Shown: positions 50,513-61,416 of the stretch, one piece after another
Numbering within the stretch: position 1 is the first letter of the stretch
How the letters are laid out: every line of letters begins with the position of its first letter
Source of the DNA: Candidatus Bathyarchaeia archaeon
Lineage (GTDB): Archaea; Thermoproteota; Bathyarchaeia; Bathyarchaeales; Bathycorpusculaceae
Assembly: GCA_050108115.1 (NCBI GenBank)
Contig: JBNIDP010000002.1
Location: forward strand, 8,414 to 72,413
Direction of reading: 5' to 3'
DNA: 64,000 nt
Program-made: the position numbers and the translations under genes
Notes under the pieces: model-generated
Database searches by the model: none
What the model saw: only the letters and a program-made list of their open reading frames with translations
Told to the model about the DNA's origin: nothing

Positions 50513-51316
50513 TTGACGTGGAGTTTTCAACAATTTTTCACGCCGCTAAGCCAGTTTGTCAATAAAACGTTAAGTATAGTGGAGCTTGAAGTGCGTAAAC
50601 TTCGGCATGACCCCGGAGAGTTAATTACGCGTGCAATTCAGCCAGCGCTTTGGCTACTGGTGTTCGGCGAAGTTTTCACACGAGTAAAAGCTATACCAAC
50701 CGGCGACTTGGCTTACAGGTCTTTTATGGCTCCAGGCATTTTAGCTCAAAGCATCCTGTTTATAGCCATATTTTACGGCATAACCATAATTTGGGAACGA
50801 GACTTAGGTATCCTCCACAAGTTTTTGGTTAGTCCAACCCCGCGAGAAGCCCTTGTACTAGGTAAAGCGTTATCTGCTGGTGTTAGAGCACTTTCACAGG
50901 TTGCAATTATATATGCGCTTTCTTTACTTGTCGGCATAGACATAGTGTGGAATCCAGTGAATTTGCTGCTTGTTGCAGTTGTTGCCATATTGACAGCAGC
51001 TTTGTTTTCGTCGTTTTCAATGGTTATTGCTTCGTTAGTAAAAACTCGGGAACGGTTCCAAGGTGTTGGTCAACTTCTTACTATGCCACTGTTTTTTGCG
51101 AGCAACGCCATTTACCCAATTTCAATGATGCCCGCTTGGTTGCAGGTAATTGCAACAGTTAACCCACTAACATACGCTGTTGATGCATTAAGAAGCTTGA
51201 TGGTTGTAGGAGGCGTCAGCGTTTACGGAATCGGCGTTGACTTACTTGTGCTGTTTGCGGCTATGACGGTGCTTGTTTTAATTGGTTCAAAGCTGTATCC
51301 GAAAGTGGTTCTTTAA
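50513..51316 (+). CDS. ABC-2 permease
   Basis: FMAPGILAQ, NPLTYAVDALR. Confidence 0.9.
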   Translation: MTWSFQQFFTPLSQFVNKTLSIVELEVRKLRHDPGELITRAIQPALWLLVFGEVFTRVKAIPTGDLAYRSFMAPGILAQSILFIAIFYGITIIWERDLGILHKFLVSPTPREALVLGKALSAGVRALSQVAIIYALSLLVGIDIVWNPVNLLLVAVVAILTAALFSSFSMVIASLVKTRERFQGVGQLLTMPLFFASNAIYPISMMPAWLQVIATVNPLTYAVDALRSLMVVGGVSVYGIGVDLLVLFAAMTVLVLIGSKLYPKVVL

Positions 51317-51447
51317 CTAACAAAGCTTTCAACCCTCTTTCGATTTTTCTTTTTTTATTCTTTTTGGAATATTTTTGTCAAGAACCAATATAACGCCGTT
51401 ATCGTATCCCTTGGTTCAACAAACAAACCAATAAGGAGAAAAAATAA

Positions 51448-52749
51448 ATGGCAAAAAGAAATCTTGACACATTAGCCGTCCATGCAGGCCAAGAGGTACC
51501 TGACCCTGTGACAGGTTCGCGAGCCGTTCCAATTTACCAAACAGCTTCGTACGTGTTCAAAAGCACGGAACACGCAGCAAACCTGTTCGCCCTAAAAGAA
51601 CTGGGAAACATTTACACCCGAATGAACAACCCAACCACTGATGTCTTCGAAAAACGTGTTGCAGCAATCGAAGGCGGAACAGGCGCTTTGGCAGTTGCAT
51701 CAGGACAAGCAGCTATCTCTACTGCTCTATTAACCATCACAGGGGTTGGCGACGAAATTGTTGCCGCAAACAACCTCTACGGCGGAACATACAGTTTACT
51801 CCATTACACCTTTGCCAAACTTGGACGCAAAACAATCTTCGTAAACTCGCAAAAACCAGAAGAATTCAAAAAATCGATAACTTCCAAAACTCGCGCCATC
51901 TATGCAGAAACCATTGGCAACCCTAAACTCGACGTACCCGACTTTGAAGCCCTCGCCAAAATCGCCCACGACGCAGCAATTCCACTGGTTGTTGATAACA
52001 CTGTTGGCATAGGACTTGTGTGTCCCATTGATTTCGGTGCAGACATCCTTGTTGCTTCCGCTACAAAGTACATTGGCGGTCACGGCACAAGCATCGGCGG
52101 CATCATTGTTGACGGCGGCAACTTCAACTGGAACAACGGCAAATTCCCTGAATTCACCGAGCCCGACCCCAGCTACCATGGGGTCAAATACTGGAATAAC
52201 TTCGGAGCCGCTTCAGAGTTTGGAAACATCGCTTTTATCATCAAAGCCCGCGTTCAACTGTTACGGGACTTTGGTCCAGCGTTAAGCCCATTCAACTCGT
52301 GGCTTTTCTTGCAAGGCTTAGAAACTCTGCCCCTAAGACAACGCAAACATTCTGAGAATGCCCTCAAAGTTGCGCAGTTTTTAAAACAGCACTCTCTTGT
52401 CACTTGGGTGGTCTACCCCGGACTGCCAGATAACCCCAACCACAAAACCGCCGAAAAATACCTGCAAGGCAATTATGGCGGCTTAGTTGGTTTTGGCATA
52501 AAAGGCGGCAAAGAAGCTGGACGCAAACTTATCGAATCAGTGAAGTTGTTTTCGCATTTGGCAAATATTGGCGATGCAAAAAGTCTCATAGTGCACCCTG
52601 CCTCCACTACACATCAACAGTTGACCAAGGCTGAGCAGGAATCAACAGGCGTAACCGATGACTACATCAGGCTCTCAATCGGAATCGAAGACCCCAAAGA
52701 CATTATCGCTGACCTTGACCAAGCATTAAAAGCCTCAGCAAAACCCTAA
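51448..52749 (+). CDS. metY: O-acetylhomoserine aminocarboxypropyltransferase (sulfhydrylase)
   Basis: [29 protein letters not shown] (PLP lysine), [11 protein letters not shown]. Confidence 0.93.
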   Translation: MAKRNLDTLAVHAGQEVPDPVTGSRAVPIYQTASYVFKSTEHAANLFALKELGNIYTRMNNPTTDVFEKRVAAIEGGTGALAVASGQAAISTALLTITGVGDEIVAANNLYGGTYSLLHYTFAKLGRKTIFVNSQKPEEFKKSITSKTRAIYAETIGNPKLDVPDFEALAKIAHDAAIPLVVDNTVGIGLVCPIDFGADILVASATKYIGGHGTSIGGIIVDGGNFNWNNGKFPEFTEPDPSYHGVKYWNNFGAASEFGNIAFIIKARVQLLRDFGPALSPFNSWLFLQGLETLPLRQRKHSENALKVAQFLKQHSLVTWVVYPGLPDNPNHKTAEKYLQGNYGGLVGFGIKGGKEAGRKLIESVKLFSHLANIGDAKSLIVHPASTTHQQLTKAEQESTGVTDDYIRLSIGIEDPKDIIADLDQALKASAKP

Positions 52750-52769
52750 CCAACCTTTTCTTATCGAGG

Positions 52770-53885
52770 ATGACCACAATGGCAACCAACCAAACCCAAT
52801 ACTACACCTTTGCCTATCCACCAAACGCGCTCATTTTAGAATCAGGCGAAAAACTCGGGCCAATCACACTTGCCTACGAAACCTACGGAAAACTAAACGC
52901 TAAAAAATCTAACACCATCCTTATTTTGCATGCTTTTTCAGGTGATGCACACGTAGCTGGCAAAGACGGCTGGTGGAGTGACCTTATTGGACCCAGCAAA
53001 GGCATAGACACCGACAAGTACTTTGTAATTTGCAGTAACGTGCTTGGTGGCTGCAAAGGCTCTACAGGTCCATCATCAGTTAATCCACAGACAGGCAAAC
53101 CGTACGGCTTAAGCTTTCCAATTGTAACAATCAGCGACATTGTCCAAGCACAACGACACCTTATTGACTATTTAGGCATCGAAAAGCTCCTTGCGGTCAT
53201 CGGCGGCTCAATGGGTGGCATGCAAGTTCTGCAATGGATGGTTTCCTACCCCGACCGAATCCGTTCCGCAGTTCCAATAGCCACCGCCTTAAAGCATTCG
53301 CCCCAGCAAATCGCTTTCAACGAGGTTGAACGCCAATCAGTAATGGCTGACCCAGACTGGAAAAACGGCGACTACTATAATTCAGCGCCCCCCGTCAAAG
53401 GCTTAGCAGTAGCTCGAATGATAGGACACATAACCTACATGAGCGAAACATCAATGGCTGAAAAGTTTGGCAGAAAAACCAAAACTGACAAACCCTTCAA
53501 GTTCGGCGCAGACTTTGAAGTAGAAGGCTACCTACGCCACAGAGGAGACAGCTTTGTAAAACGTTTCGACGCCAACAGTTACCTTTACCTCACCAAAACC
53601 TTAGACTACTTCAACCTGCTAAACGGACACAACCTAAGCGAAGTCTTCATTGGCCTAAAAGCCAAAGTGCTGGTTATAGCTTTTAAATCTGACTGGTTAT
53701 ACCCAACCCACCAATCGCAGGAAATCGTGAAAGCCTGCAAACTCGCCAATGTAGACGCAAGCTACTGCGAAATCAACAGCACATATGGACATGACTCCTT
53801 CTTAGTTGAAACTCTGCGGGAAGCTGAACTTATCTCACATTTTCTTTATGGTATAGAAAATGCAAACGGAGTTAGCCACAAATGA
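52770..53885 (+). CDS. metX: Homoserine O-acetyltransferase
   Basis: [37 protein letters not shown]. Confidence 0.93.
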   Translation: MTTMATNQTQYYTFAYPPNALILESGEKLGPITLAYETYGKLNAKKSNTILILHAFSGDAHVAGKDGWWSDLIGPSKGIDTDKYFVICSNVLGGCKGSTGPSSVNPQTGKPYGLSFPIVTISDIVQAQRHLIDYLGIEKLLAVIGGSMGGMQVLQWMVSYPDRIRSAVPIATALKHSPQQIAFNEVERQSVMADPDWKNGDYYNSAPPVKGLAVARMIGHITYMSETSMAEKFGRKTKTDKPFKFGADFEVEGYLRHRGDSFVKRFDANSYLYLTKTLDYFNLLNGHNLSEVFIGLKAKVLVIAFKSDWLYPTHQSQEIVKACKLANVDASYCEINSTYGHDSFLVETLREAELISHFLYGIENANGVSHK

Positions 53886-54475
53886 GTGTAAATAGCAGAA
53901 AACTGGAACACCAAATTATCAAAGACTGGATAAACAGCGGCGCTTCTGTTCTTGATTTGGGTTGCGGCGAAGGCGAACTCTTAAACCAACTCGTCAACGA
54001 AAAAAGCGTCCACGCTCAAGGTATCGAACTCAACGACCAAGCTATCCAAAAATGTGTTGCTGCTGGGCTTAACGTTTTTCAGCAAGACATAGACACAGGT
54101 TTATCCGAGTACAGCGATAAAATCTTTGATTATGTTATTTTGAATCAGACGCTTCAGCAGGTAAAAAATCCTGACTTTGCCCTAAAAGAAGCTCTTCGTG
54201 TTGGCCGAAAAGTTATTGTTGGTTTTCCCAATTTTGTAAACCTGTCCGCTCGAACGCAGATATTCTTCAAAGGTCGTGTCCCAGTGACCAATGCTTTGCC
54301 TTACGAGTGGTTTGACACGCCTAATTTGCACTTTTTAGGTATTGCAGACTTTAAAGATTATTGTAAAGAACGCGATTTTAAAATTGAGGATTCAATGTTT
54401 GTAAGAAAAAATGGTAAAATTAGGTTATTTCCTAATTTGTTCGCTGATTTGGGGCTATTTTTGTTGTCGACTTAG
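53882..54475 (+). CDS. metW: Methionine biosynthesis protein MetW
   Basis: [32 protein letters not shown]; overlaps metX stop. Confidence 0.92.
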   Translation: MSVNSRKLEHQIIKDWINSGASVLDLGCGEGELLNQLVNEKSVHAQGIELNDQAIQKCVAAGLNVFQQDIDTGLSEYSDKIFDYVILNQTLQQVKNPDFALKEALRVGRKVIVGFPNFVNLSARTQIFFKGRVPVTNALPYEWFDTPNLHFLGIADFKDYCKERDFKIEDSMFVRKNGKIRLFPNLFADLGLFLLST

Positions 54476-55058
54476 TTTTTCGGTTTTGTAACCATTCGCT
54501 GAAGCTGCCTGTGTAGATTCCCCAGCTTTTTATTCTTGGCGTTATTGCGCGTAACAGGGCGGTGCAGATTATAATTGCTATAGGCAAGTTTAATGCGTAG
54601 GTTGGTGGCAGAGCAATCAGGGCGGCGTCAACTGGAAACACGCCAAAGAAGGACAGCTGCCAAAGTATGTAGCTTGTGCCAGCTAGAAGTGTTACGGCGT
54701 ATATTATTGCGAGAACTATCATGCTTTTGAGTGATTTTGCTACTGTTGCCATTTTTGGAATGAGTAGCCAGTTTAAGCCGAAGATGGTTAGTGCGCAGAC
54801 TGATTCAGCGAATGCAAAGTGCAAAGGTAAACCTTCCACGAAGACGCCGCCTATGTATGCGCCGATCATGCTGCCCACTAATCCGCTCCAGCCGAACCAG
54901 ATTGGAAAAACGCCCAGCAAGATAATTGGTAGGTAGAGTAGAGCAAAGTTTGGCATTGCTATGGAGTATGATACTGCGAAGAATACTGCGTAGAGTGCTG
55001 CGGTCATGGCCATTATGGAGGCTTGTTTTGCGCTGGTTGGTTTTCTTTGGGTGTTCAT
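54432..55058 (-). CDS. ECF S-component / QueT-like membrane protein
   Basis: AMTAALYAV...PIWFGWSGLVGSMIGA; about 6 TM; overlaps the metW 3' end by 44 nt. Confidence 0.6.
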   Translation of the reverse strand: MNTQRKPTSAKQASIMAMTAALYAVFFAVSYSIAMPNFALLYLPIILLGVFPIWFGWSGLVGSMIGAYIGGVFVEGLPLHFAFAESVCALTIFGLNWLLIPKMATVAKSLKSMIVLAIIYAVTLLAGTSYILWQLSFFGVFPVDAALIALPPTYALNLPIAIIICTALLRAITPRIKSWGIYTGSFSEWLQNRKTKSTTKIAPNQRTN

Positions 55059-55180
55059 TTTGTTTTTGGTCCTGTATTTTGTTTGAAATGCCTGATGTTT
55101 GAATAAAAGCACTGCCGCATGTAATACATTAGTAATACAGTTTTAAAGAAAAAAGAGTGTAGACGTGTTTATACACGCTT

Positions 55181-56689
55181 TTATGCAGTTTTGGGAATAA
55201 CCCAGTTAACTAACGCTTCCTCGATAGTTCTGCCCTCACAAACTTTCATGTTATAAGCAGAAGCATAGTTACGTGCATTCACAGTCATGCCTGGAATAAC
55301 AAAGATTAACGCTTCACAATCCACATCGTTTGTCATACCGTAAATTCTGGTGATTTCTTCCAAATCCACTTTTTTGTTGGCGATTAAAAGCTCTATCACC
55401 GTATTCTCATTATCCTTGCATTTACAGTCTGCAGATTTTTGAACAGCTTGATTGCCTGCGCCTACGACGCCGACTTTGCCAAGAACAAGCATATCAAATA
55501 GGTGTCTTGTTTCCGATTTTCCATTAACGTAAGCGGGTGCAACCACTTTGTAGCCTAATGCTCTAAAAAATTTGGTGCAGACCTCAATGGGTTTAATTTG
55601 CTGCATATCTTTTAGAGGCAAATCCGAGTTGGCAGTGTACTTGTAAAGGTAAACTTCAGGTTCCTCATCAAGTTGGGCAGTGGTGAGGCAGTTATCACAT
55701 TTAGCAACTAACAAGGGTTCACTACTTCGAGCATTACAGTTCAAACACACATAAGAAGAAGGTAACACCCGGTAATCTTCATCTACACTTTGCAGTTTAA
55801 TGTTGCATCTGGGGCAAACTAAGTCCCCTTTTGGAGTTTCAAAAGCTGTTTGCCGGTCAATAGCTCCACAACTTAAATGTTCAATAAGCACTTCTTTTCG
55901 CAACCGCAACGAACTACATTCAGGACACAACTTTTTAATTCGAACGTTAGCTGAACCACAAGCAGTGCAAGTGATTACTTTGTCAACAAGCTCAGACTTC
56001 AAAAAGCCTTTACGAACTAGTGCATCAAGGGTTTCTCTGGTACGTTTTATATCCCAATCCAGCGTAGGCAAACCCTCGAAACTGTAACCTTCAGGCTGCA
56101 TCGCGTTAAGGTTAGGCGTTATTTGCGTGACTTTTTCATAAAGGAAAAGCTCCATTATACTTTGTTCATCCTTACGCAACCCCTGCATATCGGCAGCTAT
56201 GGTTTCCTCTTGTGAAACGGCCACATTTACAGGTTCTACTTCCAATTTTGTTTGAGGGGGTTCAAGTGTTTGGCAAGGCTCTGCTGGAACGTCTTCGATT
56301 TTTTGGGGTGACGCGGCGGGCGTTTTTTCTTGTTTAGGTTTTTTAATAAAATCATCAACGGTTTCTTCAATAGCAAAACTTACAAGCAAACTACCTTCGA
56401 AAAGACCAATAAGCAAAACTATTGCAGCAATGGTTGACCCGCCGAAAAAGCTTGCAATAACAGTTGAATCCAACATAGCTGAGAAACTGTTGAAATAAAT
56501 CAATGAAGTTAGTTCATTGCCAAAATATGTTGACAAAAAATAACCTGCAAATGCCATAGCCGCCGCAAAAATGGTTACGGTTGTGGTTTTGTATTTTAGC
56601 TCTTTTATGGGTGTAAACTTGAAAATCGTCCCAAATATTATGCCTGCTGCCAGCATTATTAATGGTGCAACCGCTAAAGTGAAGTCCAT
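55181..56689 (-). CDS. Membrane protein with TackOD1-like multi-zinc domain and restriction-endonuclease-like C-terminus
   Basis: N-terminal TMs; CTACGS, CPECSS, IEHLSCG, CPRC, CLNC, CDNC; C-terminal GKSETRHLFD. Confidence 0.65.
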   Translation of the reverse strand: MDFTLAVAPLIMLAAGIIFGTIFKFTPIKELKYKTTTVTIFAAAMAFAGYFLSTYFGNELTSLIYFNSFSAMLDSTVIASFFGGSTIAAIVLLIGLFEGSLLVSFAIEETVDDFIKKPKQEKTPAASPQKIEDVPAEPCQTLEPPQTKLEVEPVNVAVSQEETIAADMQGLRKDEQSIMELFLYEKVTQITPNLNAMQPEGYSFEGLPTLDWDIKRTRETLDALVRKGFLKSELVDKVITCTACGSANVRIKKLCPECSSLRLRKEVLIEHLSCGAIDRQTAFETPKGDLVCPRCNIKLQSVDEDYRVLPSSYVCLNCNARSSEPLLVAKCDNCLTTAQLDEEPEVYLYKYTANSDLPLKDMQQIKPIEVCTKFFRALGYKVVAPAYVNGKSETRHLFDMLVLGKVGVVGAGNQAVQKSADCKCKDNENTVIELLIANKKVDLEEITRIYGMTNDVDCEALIFVIPGMTVNARNYASAYNMKVCEGRTIEEALVNWVIPKTA

Positions 56690-57026
56690 TTTCAGTTAAC
56701 CCTCTACTCTCTTCCCGTGTGTTAGCCACAAAACAAGCTTACCGTTTCAATGTCTTTGTAGCATTATACAATTCCACCATCTATAGCTTGATTTAACAAA
56801 AGCGTTTTTGAGAAGACCATTTGCTAAACCTTGCAAAAACCCTTTTTGCCTTTGCGAAGCCCAGTAGGCAAAGAAAACAAGCCCAAACCTTAGCCTATTA
56901 GGCGTTAACTTTCGATTTATTTTAAAATAACAATTCTCCAGTAAATCCTAAAGCTACCTTTTTTCTTTTACCATATTCCACAAAGAATTTAACGCCCAAG
57001 TTTCAAAAAAACATTAAAAACTGCCA

Positions 57027-57199
57027 GCCTATTTGGCGTCTATTTGGATGCTATTAGCAGTTGTATGCTGTAACCTATAGGGGGTAGGTAAAATTGAGTA
57101 GGGGTATGCTCTATCTAACGCTTTTCTGGTTTCAAAACTGCAATTTACTAAGGGGGGTAGGTGCTATTGGTTGAAAAGCAAGTCATTAGTATGTTGAAA
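57027..57199 (+). repeat. Dispersed intergenic repeat, copy 3 (directly downstream of leuS)
   Basis: Matches 39481-39640 along its length. Confidence 0.85.
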
Positions 57200-57212
57200 A
57201 AGGGGAAGAAGA

Positions 57213-60095
57213 TTATTCGATGTAGATTGCTGGTTGATACGGCATTGCCATTGGGGCACGGTTTTTGGGGTCAAAGCGGTCTTTGTTGTCTTCACTGTAA
57301 ACGGAGATTTCAGCGCCGAAGCGGTCCTTAAGGAAACACAAAGAGGTAGCCACGACTTGTTTTTCGTCGACTGCTTGGATTTTTACCATGTTTGCTTTGC
57401 GGTTTGAAGCCAACTTTGTTGAGGCTTTGAGGACTTTTGGCACCAAGGCGGCGATGTCTTTCATGTGGGGTTTGAGTTCGGGGTTGGCGGCGAATTCTTT
57501 CATTAACTCGGGGATTTTGGCTTCTCCTGCAACGGTTTTTTCGAGGATTCTTAGGTAAATTTGCCATTTCCAAGCTGATGCAGTGTAAAAGACTAACCGT
57601 TTAGGCGTGATTTTGGTTGCTTTAATGATGTTTTGGGTGTCGGTTAGTATGTCGGTGATTAGGTTTTCTTGCTCTTCAGCGGCGTAGTCCAGTTTGGCTT
57701 CGTCAAACTCTGGCCATTTTGCGGTGCTTATGAAGCCTGCTTCGCCTGTTTGACTCCAAAGTTCCTCACACATGAAAGGCGCAAAAGGCGTAAGCATCTT
57801 AATCCACACCTTTACGGCTTCGACAAGTGCCTTGGCGTTTGTGTTGCCTTTTCTTTGAATGTACCATCGCAGGTCATTCCAAACTTCAAATAAGGCTGTT
57901 TGCAGGGCGGTTCGAGTTTTTAGCTCTTCAAGGCTTTCGGTGACTTCACGGATACGGTATTGAAGCTTGGTTTGTAACCAACGTTCCAGAACCGTGTTCT
58001 CGTCTTGTTTGGCGGTTGCAATAATGTTGCCAGCGAAATTCAGCAAAGCGTCAAACTTGTTTTTAAGGTCGTTTACGTTGTCTGCGCGCCAGTCTGGATC
58101 ATCCATGCCTTCAGCGCCAATCATTAAACCGCAGCGTGTGGCGTCTGCACCGTACTTGTCAATGGCGCCTTTCATTGTGATAAAGTTGCCTTTGCTTTTG
58201 TGCATACCTTGGCCCTCCACCATTAGCATACCGTTTACGCCAAATCCTTTGGGCCAGTGCTCTGGCGGGAACAATGCCGCGTGGTGAAAGATGCAGAAGG
58301 ATAAGTGGTTGGGTACGAGTTCTTTTGCAGAGTTTCTCAGGTCAAAGGGGTACCAGTAAAGGAACTCTTTACGCATGGAATCCAAAAGCTCAACTGTGAT
58401 GCCTGTTACGGTGCTGATTTGGGCTTTGTCACCTTTGCCATAGTAAATGTAATCAAAAACTTCAGGAATTAAGGCTTCTGGAGCTATCTTGTTTTGGTTT
58501 ATGTGCTTGTTTATGGTGTAAAAAGCCATGTAAACGGTAGAGTCACTCAAGGTTTCAATTATCCAGCCTTTACCCCACGGCAGGGGTGTTCCAAAACCAG
58601 TGGTTCTTGCACAAGCCCATTCCCTGAGCCAGTCGATGGTAGTGTAGAATCCTGTTCGGGCTGTTTCGGGGTAAATTTTCATTTGAGCTACAACTTCTTT
58701 GGCTTTTTCCTTCCACTGAGCGTCAGAATAGTTAAGGAACCATTGGTCAGAAAGAATCTTTACAATACACTGCGTCATGCACCTGCACACTACAGGTTCT
58801 GGCAGGTCGTACATTTTGTCTGAAACGCCAAGTTGGCGAAAATCAGCAATAAGTTGGTCTTTAACTTCACGGATTGACTTGCCCGCGTAGATGCCGCAGT
58901 TGGGTTTTAGTTTGCCGCTGTGGAACTCTTTCTTGTAAAGTTCTTTGGTTGCTTGGTCAGCTTTCTCATCATGCTGGTCCTTAACGCCCATTTGCTCCAC
59001 AATTTCAACCGCTGGAAACTCACCGAAACCATCAACCTTGATAATCGAAATTGGCTTAATTTGCAGAACAACTTGAGGATCAACACCGAAATCACGCATG
59101 ACTTCAGGCTTCTGCTGCAAGTCTTTAAGCGCCAACCAGTCAAACGGTGCATGCGCTGGAACACTGTAAACGACACCTGTTGCAGTTTTGGGGTCAACAA
59201 ACCAGCCTGGGAGAATTGGGAACTTCTGATGAGTTACAGGGTTTTCAAAAGATTTGCCAATTAATTCTTTGCCCTTAAAGATCCGGTGAACTGTGACGGT
59301 TTTTTCTTGTTCTTTTAGTTTTTCTGCGGCTTCTTGGCTGATTATCCAGTTCTCCGTGTTAACTGTGGCTTCTACGTATGTGGCGTCGGGGTTAATCCAC
59401 AGGTTGGTTATGCCGTAGATTGTTTCTGGACGAAAAGTGGCTGCAGGTAAAACTGTGGTTTCGTCAAGTTTGTACTTGATTATAGTGTATTCTTCTGGGG
59501 TTACGCCTTCGCCGCTTTGACGGTCGTGGTCGCCTGTGGGGCTTTGGTCTTTGGGGCACCAAACAACTGGGTGAGTGCCTCGTGTGACGTAGCCCATTTC
59601 TTTTAGGTTTTTGTATTGCCATTCAATAAATTTCTGAAAAGTCGGCCAAACAGTGGTGAATTCCCTGCGCCAATCAACAGAGAAACCGATGCGTTTGGTA
59701 GCGATTTTGCCTTCATTTGTGTAATACTGAGCCATATAGTGAGGGTCAACAAACTTTTGCAGTTGCTCTTCAGGAACCCCATCAACTTCCCGCAGCACAC
59801 GGATGTAAGCCTGGTCGCCTCTGGCTACACGTTGACTTGCACCAAGCAAGGGTTGCCCAGTCCAGTGCCATGCCCAAGGCCAAAGCACATTGTAGCCTTG
59901 CATGCGTTTGAAGCGGGCATAAGCGTCAACTCTTGATGCAGAGAAAGCGTGACCAACATGAAGAGGCCCATTCATGTATGGAAACGGAAAGGTTACCATG
60001 ATTTTTTGTCGTGAAATGTCAGGGTCTGCTTCGAATACGTGGGCGGCTTCCCATCGGGTCAGCCATTTTTCTTCGATTTGCTTTGTTTGGCTCAT
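57213..60095 (-). CDS. leuS: Leucine--tRNA ligase (archaeal type)
   Basis: FPYMNGPLHVGH, ATFRPET, SVPAHAPFD, GMHKSKGN (KMSKS variant). Confidence 0.96.
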   Translation of the reverse strand: MSQTKQIEEKWLTRWEAAHVFEADPDISRQKIMVTFPFPYMNGPLHVGHAFSASRVDAYARFKRMQGYNVLWPWAWHWTGQPLLGASQRVARGDQAYIRVLREVDGVPEEQLQKFVDPHYMAQYYTNEGKIATKRIGFSVDWRREFTTVWPTFQKFIEWQYKNLKEMGYVTRGTHPVVWCPKDQSPTGDHDRQSGEGVTPEEYTIIKYKLDETTVLPAATFRPETIYGITNLWINPDATYVEATVNTENWIISQEAAEKLKEQEKTVTVHRIFKGKELIGKSFENPVTHQKFPILPGWFVDPKTATGVVYSVPAHAPFDWLALKDLQQKPEVMRDFGVDPQVVLQIKPISIIKVDGFGEFPAVEIVEQMGVKDQHDEKADQATKELYKKEFHSGKLKPNCGIYAGKSIREVKDQLIADFRQLGVSDKMYDLPEPVVCRCMTQCIVKILSDQWFLNYSDAQWKEKAKEVVAQMKIYPETARTGFYTTIDWLREWACARTTGFGTPLPWGKGWIIETLSDSTVYMAFYTINKHINQNKIAPEALIPEVFDYIYYGKGDKAQISTVTGITVELLDSMRKEFLYWYPFDLRNSAKELVPNHLSFCIFHHAALFPPEHWPKGFGVNGMLMVEGQGMHKSKGNFITMKGAIDKYGADATRCGLMIGAEGMDDPDWRADNVNDLKNKFDALLNFAGNIIATAKQDENTVLERWLQTKLQYRIREVTESLEELKTRTALQTALFEVWNDLRWYIQRKGNTNAKALVEAVKVWIKMLTPFAPFMCEELWSQTGEAGFISTAKWPEFDEAKLDYAAEEQENLITDILTDTQNIIKATKITPKRLVFYTASAWKWQIYLRILEKTVAGEAKIPELMKEFAANPELKPHMKDIAALVPKVLKASTKLASNRKANMVKIQAVDEKQVVATSLCFLKDRFGAEISVYSEDNKDRFDPKNRAPMAMPYQPAIYIE

Positions 60096-60198
60096 GAAAC
60101 CTGTTGAGTAAGACATTAGCTATTAAGACTTTTGCTTTAGAGGTAAAGACTATTTAGCTTTAAAGTTCAAATACGCTATCAAAGTGGTTGTGATTAAG

Positions 60199-61182
60199 AT
60201 GGCTGAAGAGGCACAAATGGTAAAAGCAATAAAACTATTCTACGAAAAAGGACAAAACGCATTAACTTATGCAAGACAGCTTGTTAAGCAAGAAAAAGTC
60301 GAGTTTGAACCTCTTCAAAATGCACTCAATTATTTTATGGATAACTGGGAAGATGTTCTGCATCCCGCACTAGTTTCTCTTGCGTGTGAAGCTGTAGGTG
60401 GACATTCTGAATCAACGGTTCAGGTAAGTGCAGCTTTGGTTCTTCTTGCAGGCGCTGCAGATGTGCATGATGACATTATTGATCATTCTGAAATGAAAGG
60501 ATCTAAACTTACTGTTTATGGAAAATACGGTTTAGATGTAGCAATACTTGCAGGGGACATATTGCTGCTTAAGGGCACTTACGTGTTGTATGATGCCTGC
60601 CAAAAGTTGCCTAAAAATAAAATGGAAGATGTTCTGCAAATAGTAAGAGAAAGCTTTTTGGAAGTAAGTGCAGCTGAAGCAAAGGAAACAAGTTTCAGAG
60701 GCAAACTTGACGTTTCTGAACAAGAATACTTTGAAATAATCCGACACAAGGTGGCAGCCGGAGAAGCCTCAACAAGAATAGGCGCCATCTGGGGTAATGG
60801 TTCAGAAGCTGAAGTTGAGAAAATGGGTCAGTTCGGAAGAACGTTTAGTATACTTATGACGTTGAGAGATGAATTTGCTGACATGTTTGAACCTGACGAA
60901 ATGAAGAACAGGTTTGAAAGCGAATGCTTACCTTACCCAGTTTTACTTACCTTCCAAGAGGAAGAAAAGAAAAAAACCATTCTACAACTATTAAACAAAG
61001 AACTAACTGAAGAAGTTATAGAAAACATTTTAGATATCGTTATGGTTTCACCTCGAGTTGACGCTCTAAGAGAAAAAATTGACCAAATGATAACCCAAGA
61101 AAACAGAAACATTGCTGAAATGAGACAAAAAGAAACTTTAATACAATTACTAGATGCTATGACGCAAGGCATCAAAAAATAG
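60199..61182 (+). CDS. Polyprenyl-synthetase-fold protein with non-canonical active site (ComQ-like prenyltransferase candidate)
   Basis: FARM HDDIID intact; GKRxRP replaced by EDVLHP; RRG replaced by MKG; SARM degenerate (LRDEFAD). Confidence 0.75.
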   Translation: MAEEAQMVKAIKLFYEKGQNALTYARQLVKQEKVEFEPLQNALNYFMDNWEDVLHPALVSLACEAVGGHSESTVQVSAALVLLAGAADVHDDIIDHSEMKGSKLTVYGKYGLDVAILAGDILLLKGTYVLYDACQKLPKNKMEDVLQIVRESFLEVSAAEAKETSFRGKLDVSEQEYFEIIRHKVAAGEASTRIGAIWGNGSEAEVEKMGQFGRTFSILMTLRDEFADMFEPDEMKNRFESECLPYPVLLTFQEEEKKKTILQLLNKELTEEVIENILDIVMVSPRVDALREKIDQMITQENRNIAEMRQKETLIQLLDAMTQGIKK

Positions 61183-61191
61183 CTGAGAATC

Positions 61192-61224
61192 AAAACAAAA
61201 AAAAGATAAATAATTTTTTATCTT
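61192..61224 (-). terminator. Hairpin plus T-tract after the micro-ORF
   Basis: Minus strand AAGATAAA-aaatta-TTTATCTT followed by a T run. Confidence 0.55.
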
Positions 61225-61267
61225 AAGTCCAACTGCCAGAAAGTCTAATTGGTCTGATATATTTCAT
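61223..61267 (-). CDS. 14-aa peptide MKYIRPIRLSGSWT; candidate precursor for Trp prenylation
   Basis: ATG 61267 to TAA 61223; SD AAGGGAG 6 nt upstream; TATA-like TTTTAAGT near 61321-61328; terminator downstream. Confidence 0.6.
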   Translation of the reverse strand: MKYIRPIRLSGSWT

Positions 61268-61416
61268 TTTATTCTCCCTTCCATGTGTTGTTAAACACTG
61301 TATTAATGTTGAACACTAATACTTAAAAGGCTTGCGCTAACTCGCTTATTTAAAATACGGTTTCTGCATACTCAAAACTTATTTCATACATCTCTAAACA
61401 TGCATTCAGCTAACGC

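Noticed and set aside
51317-51447. SAM riboswitch upstream of metY
   Set aside because: Short AT-rich region with no SAM-I core or SD-masking structure evident.
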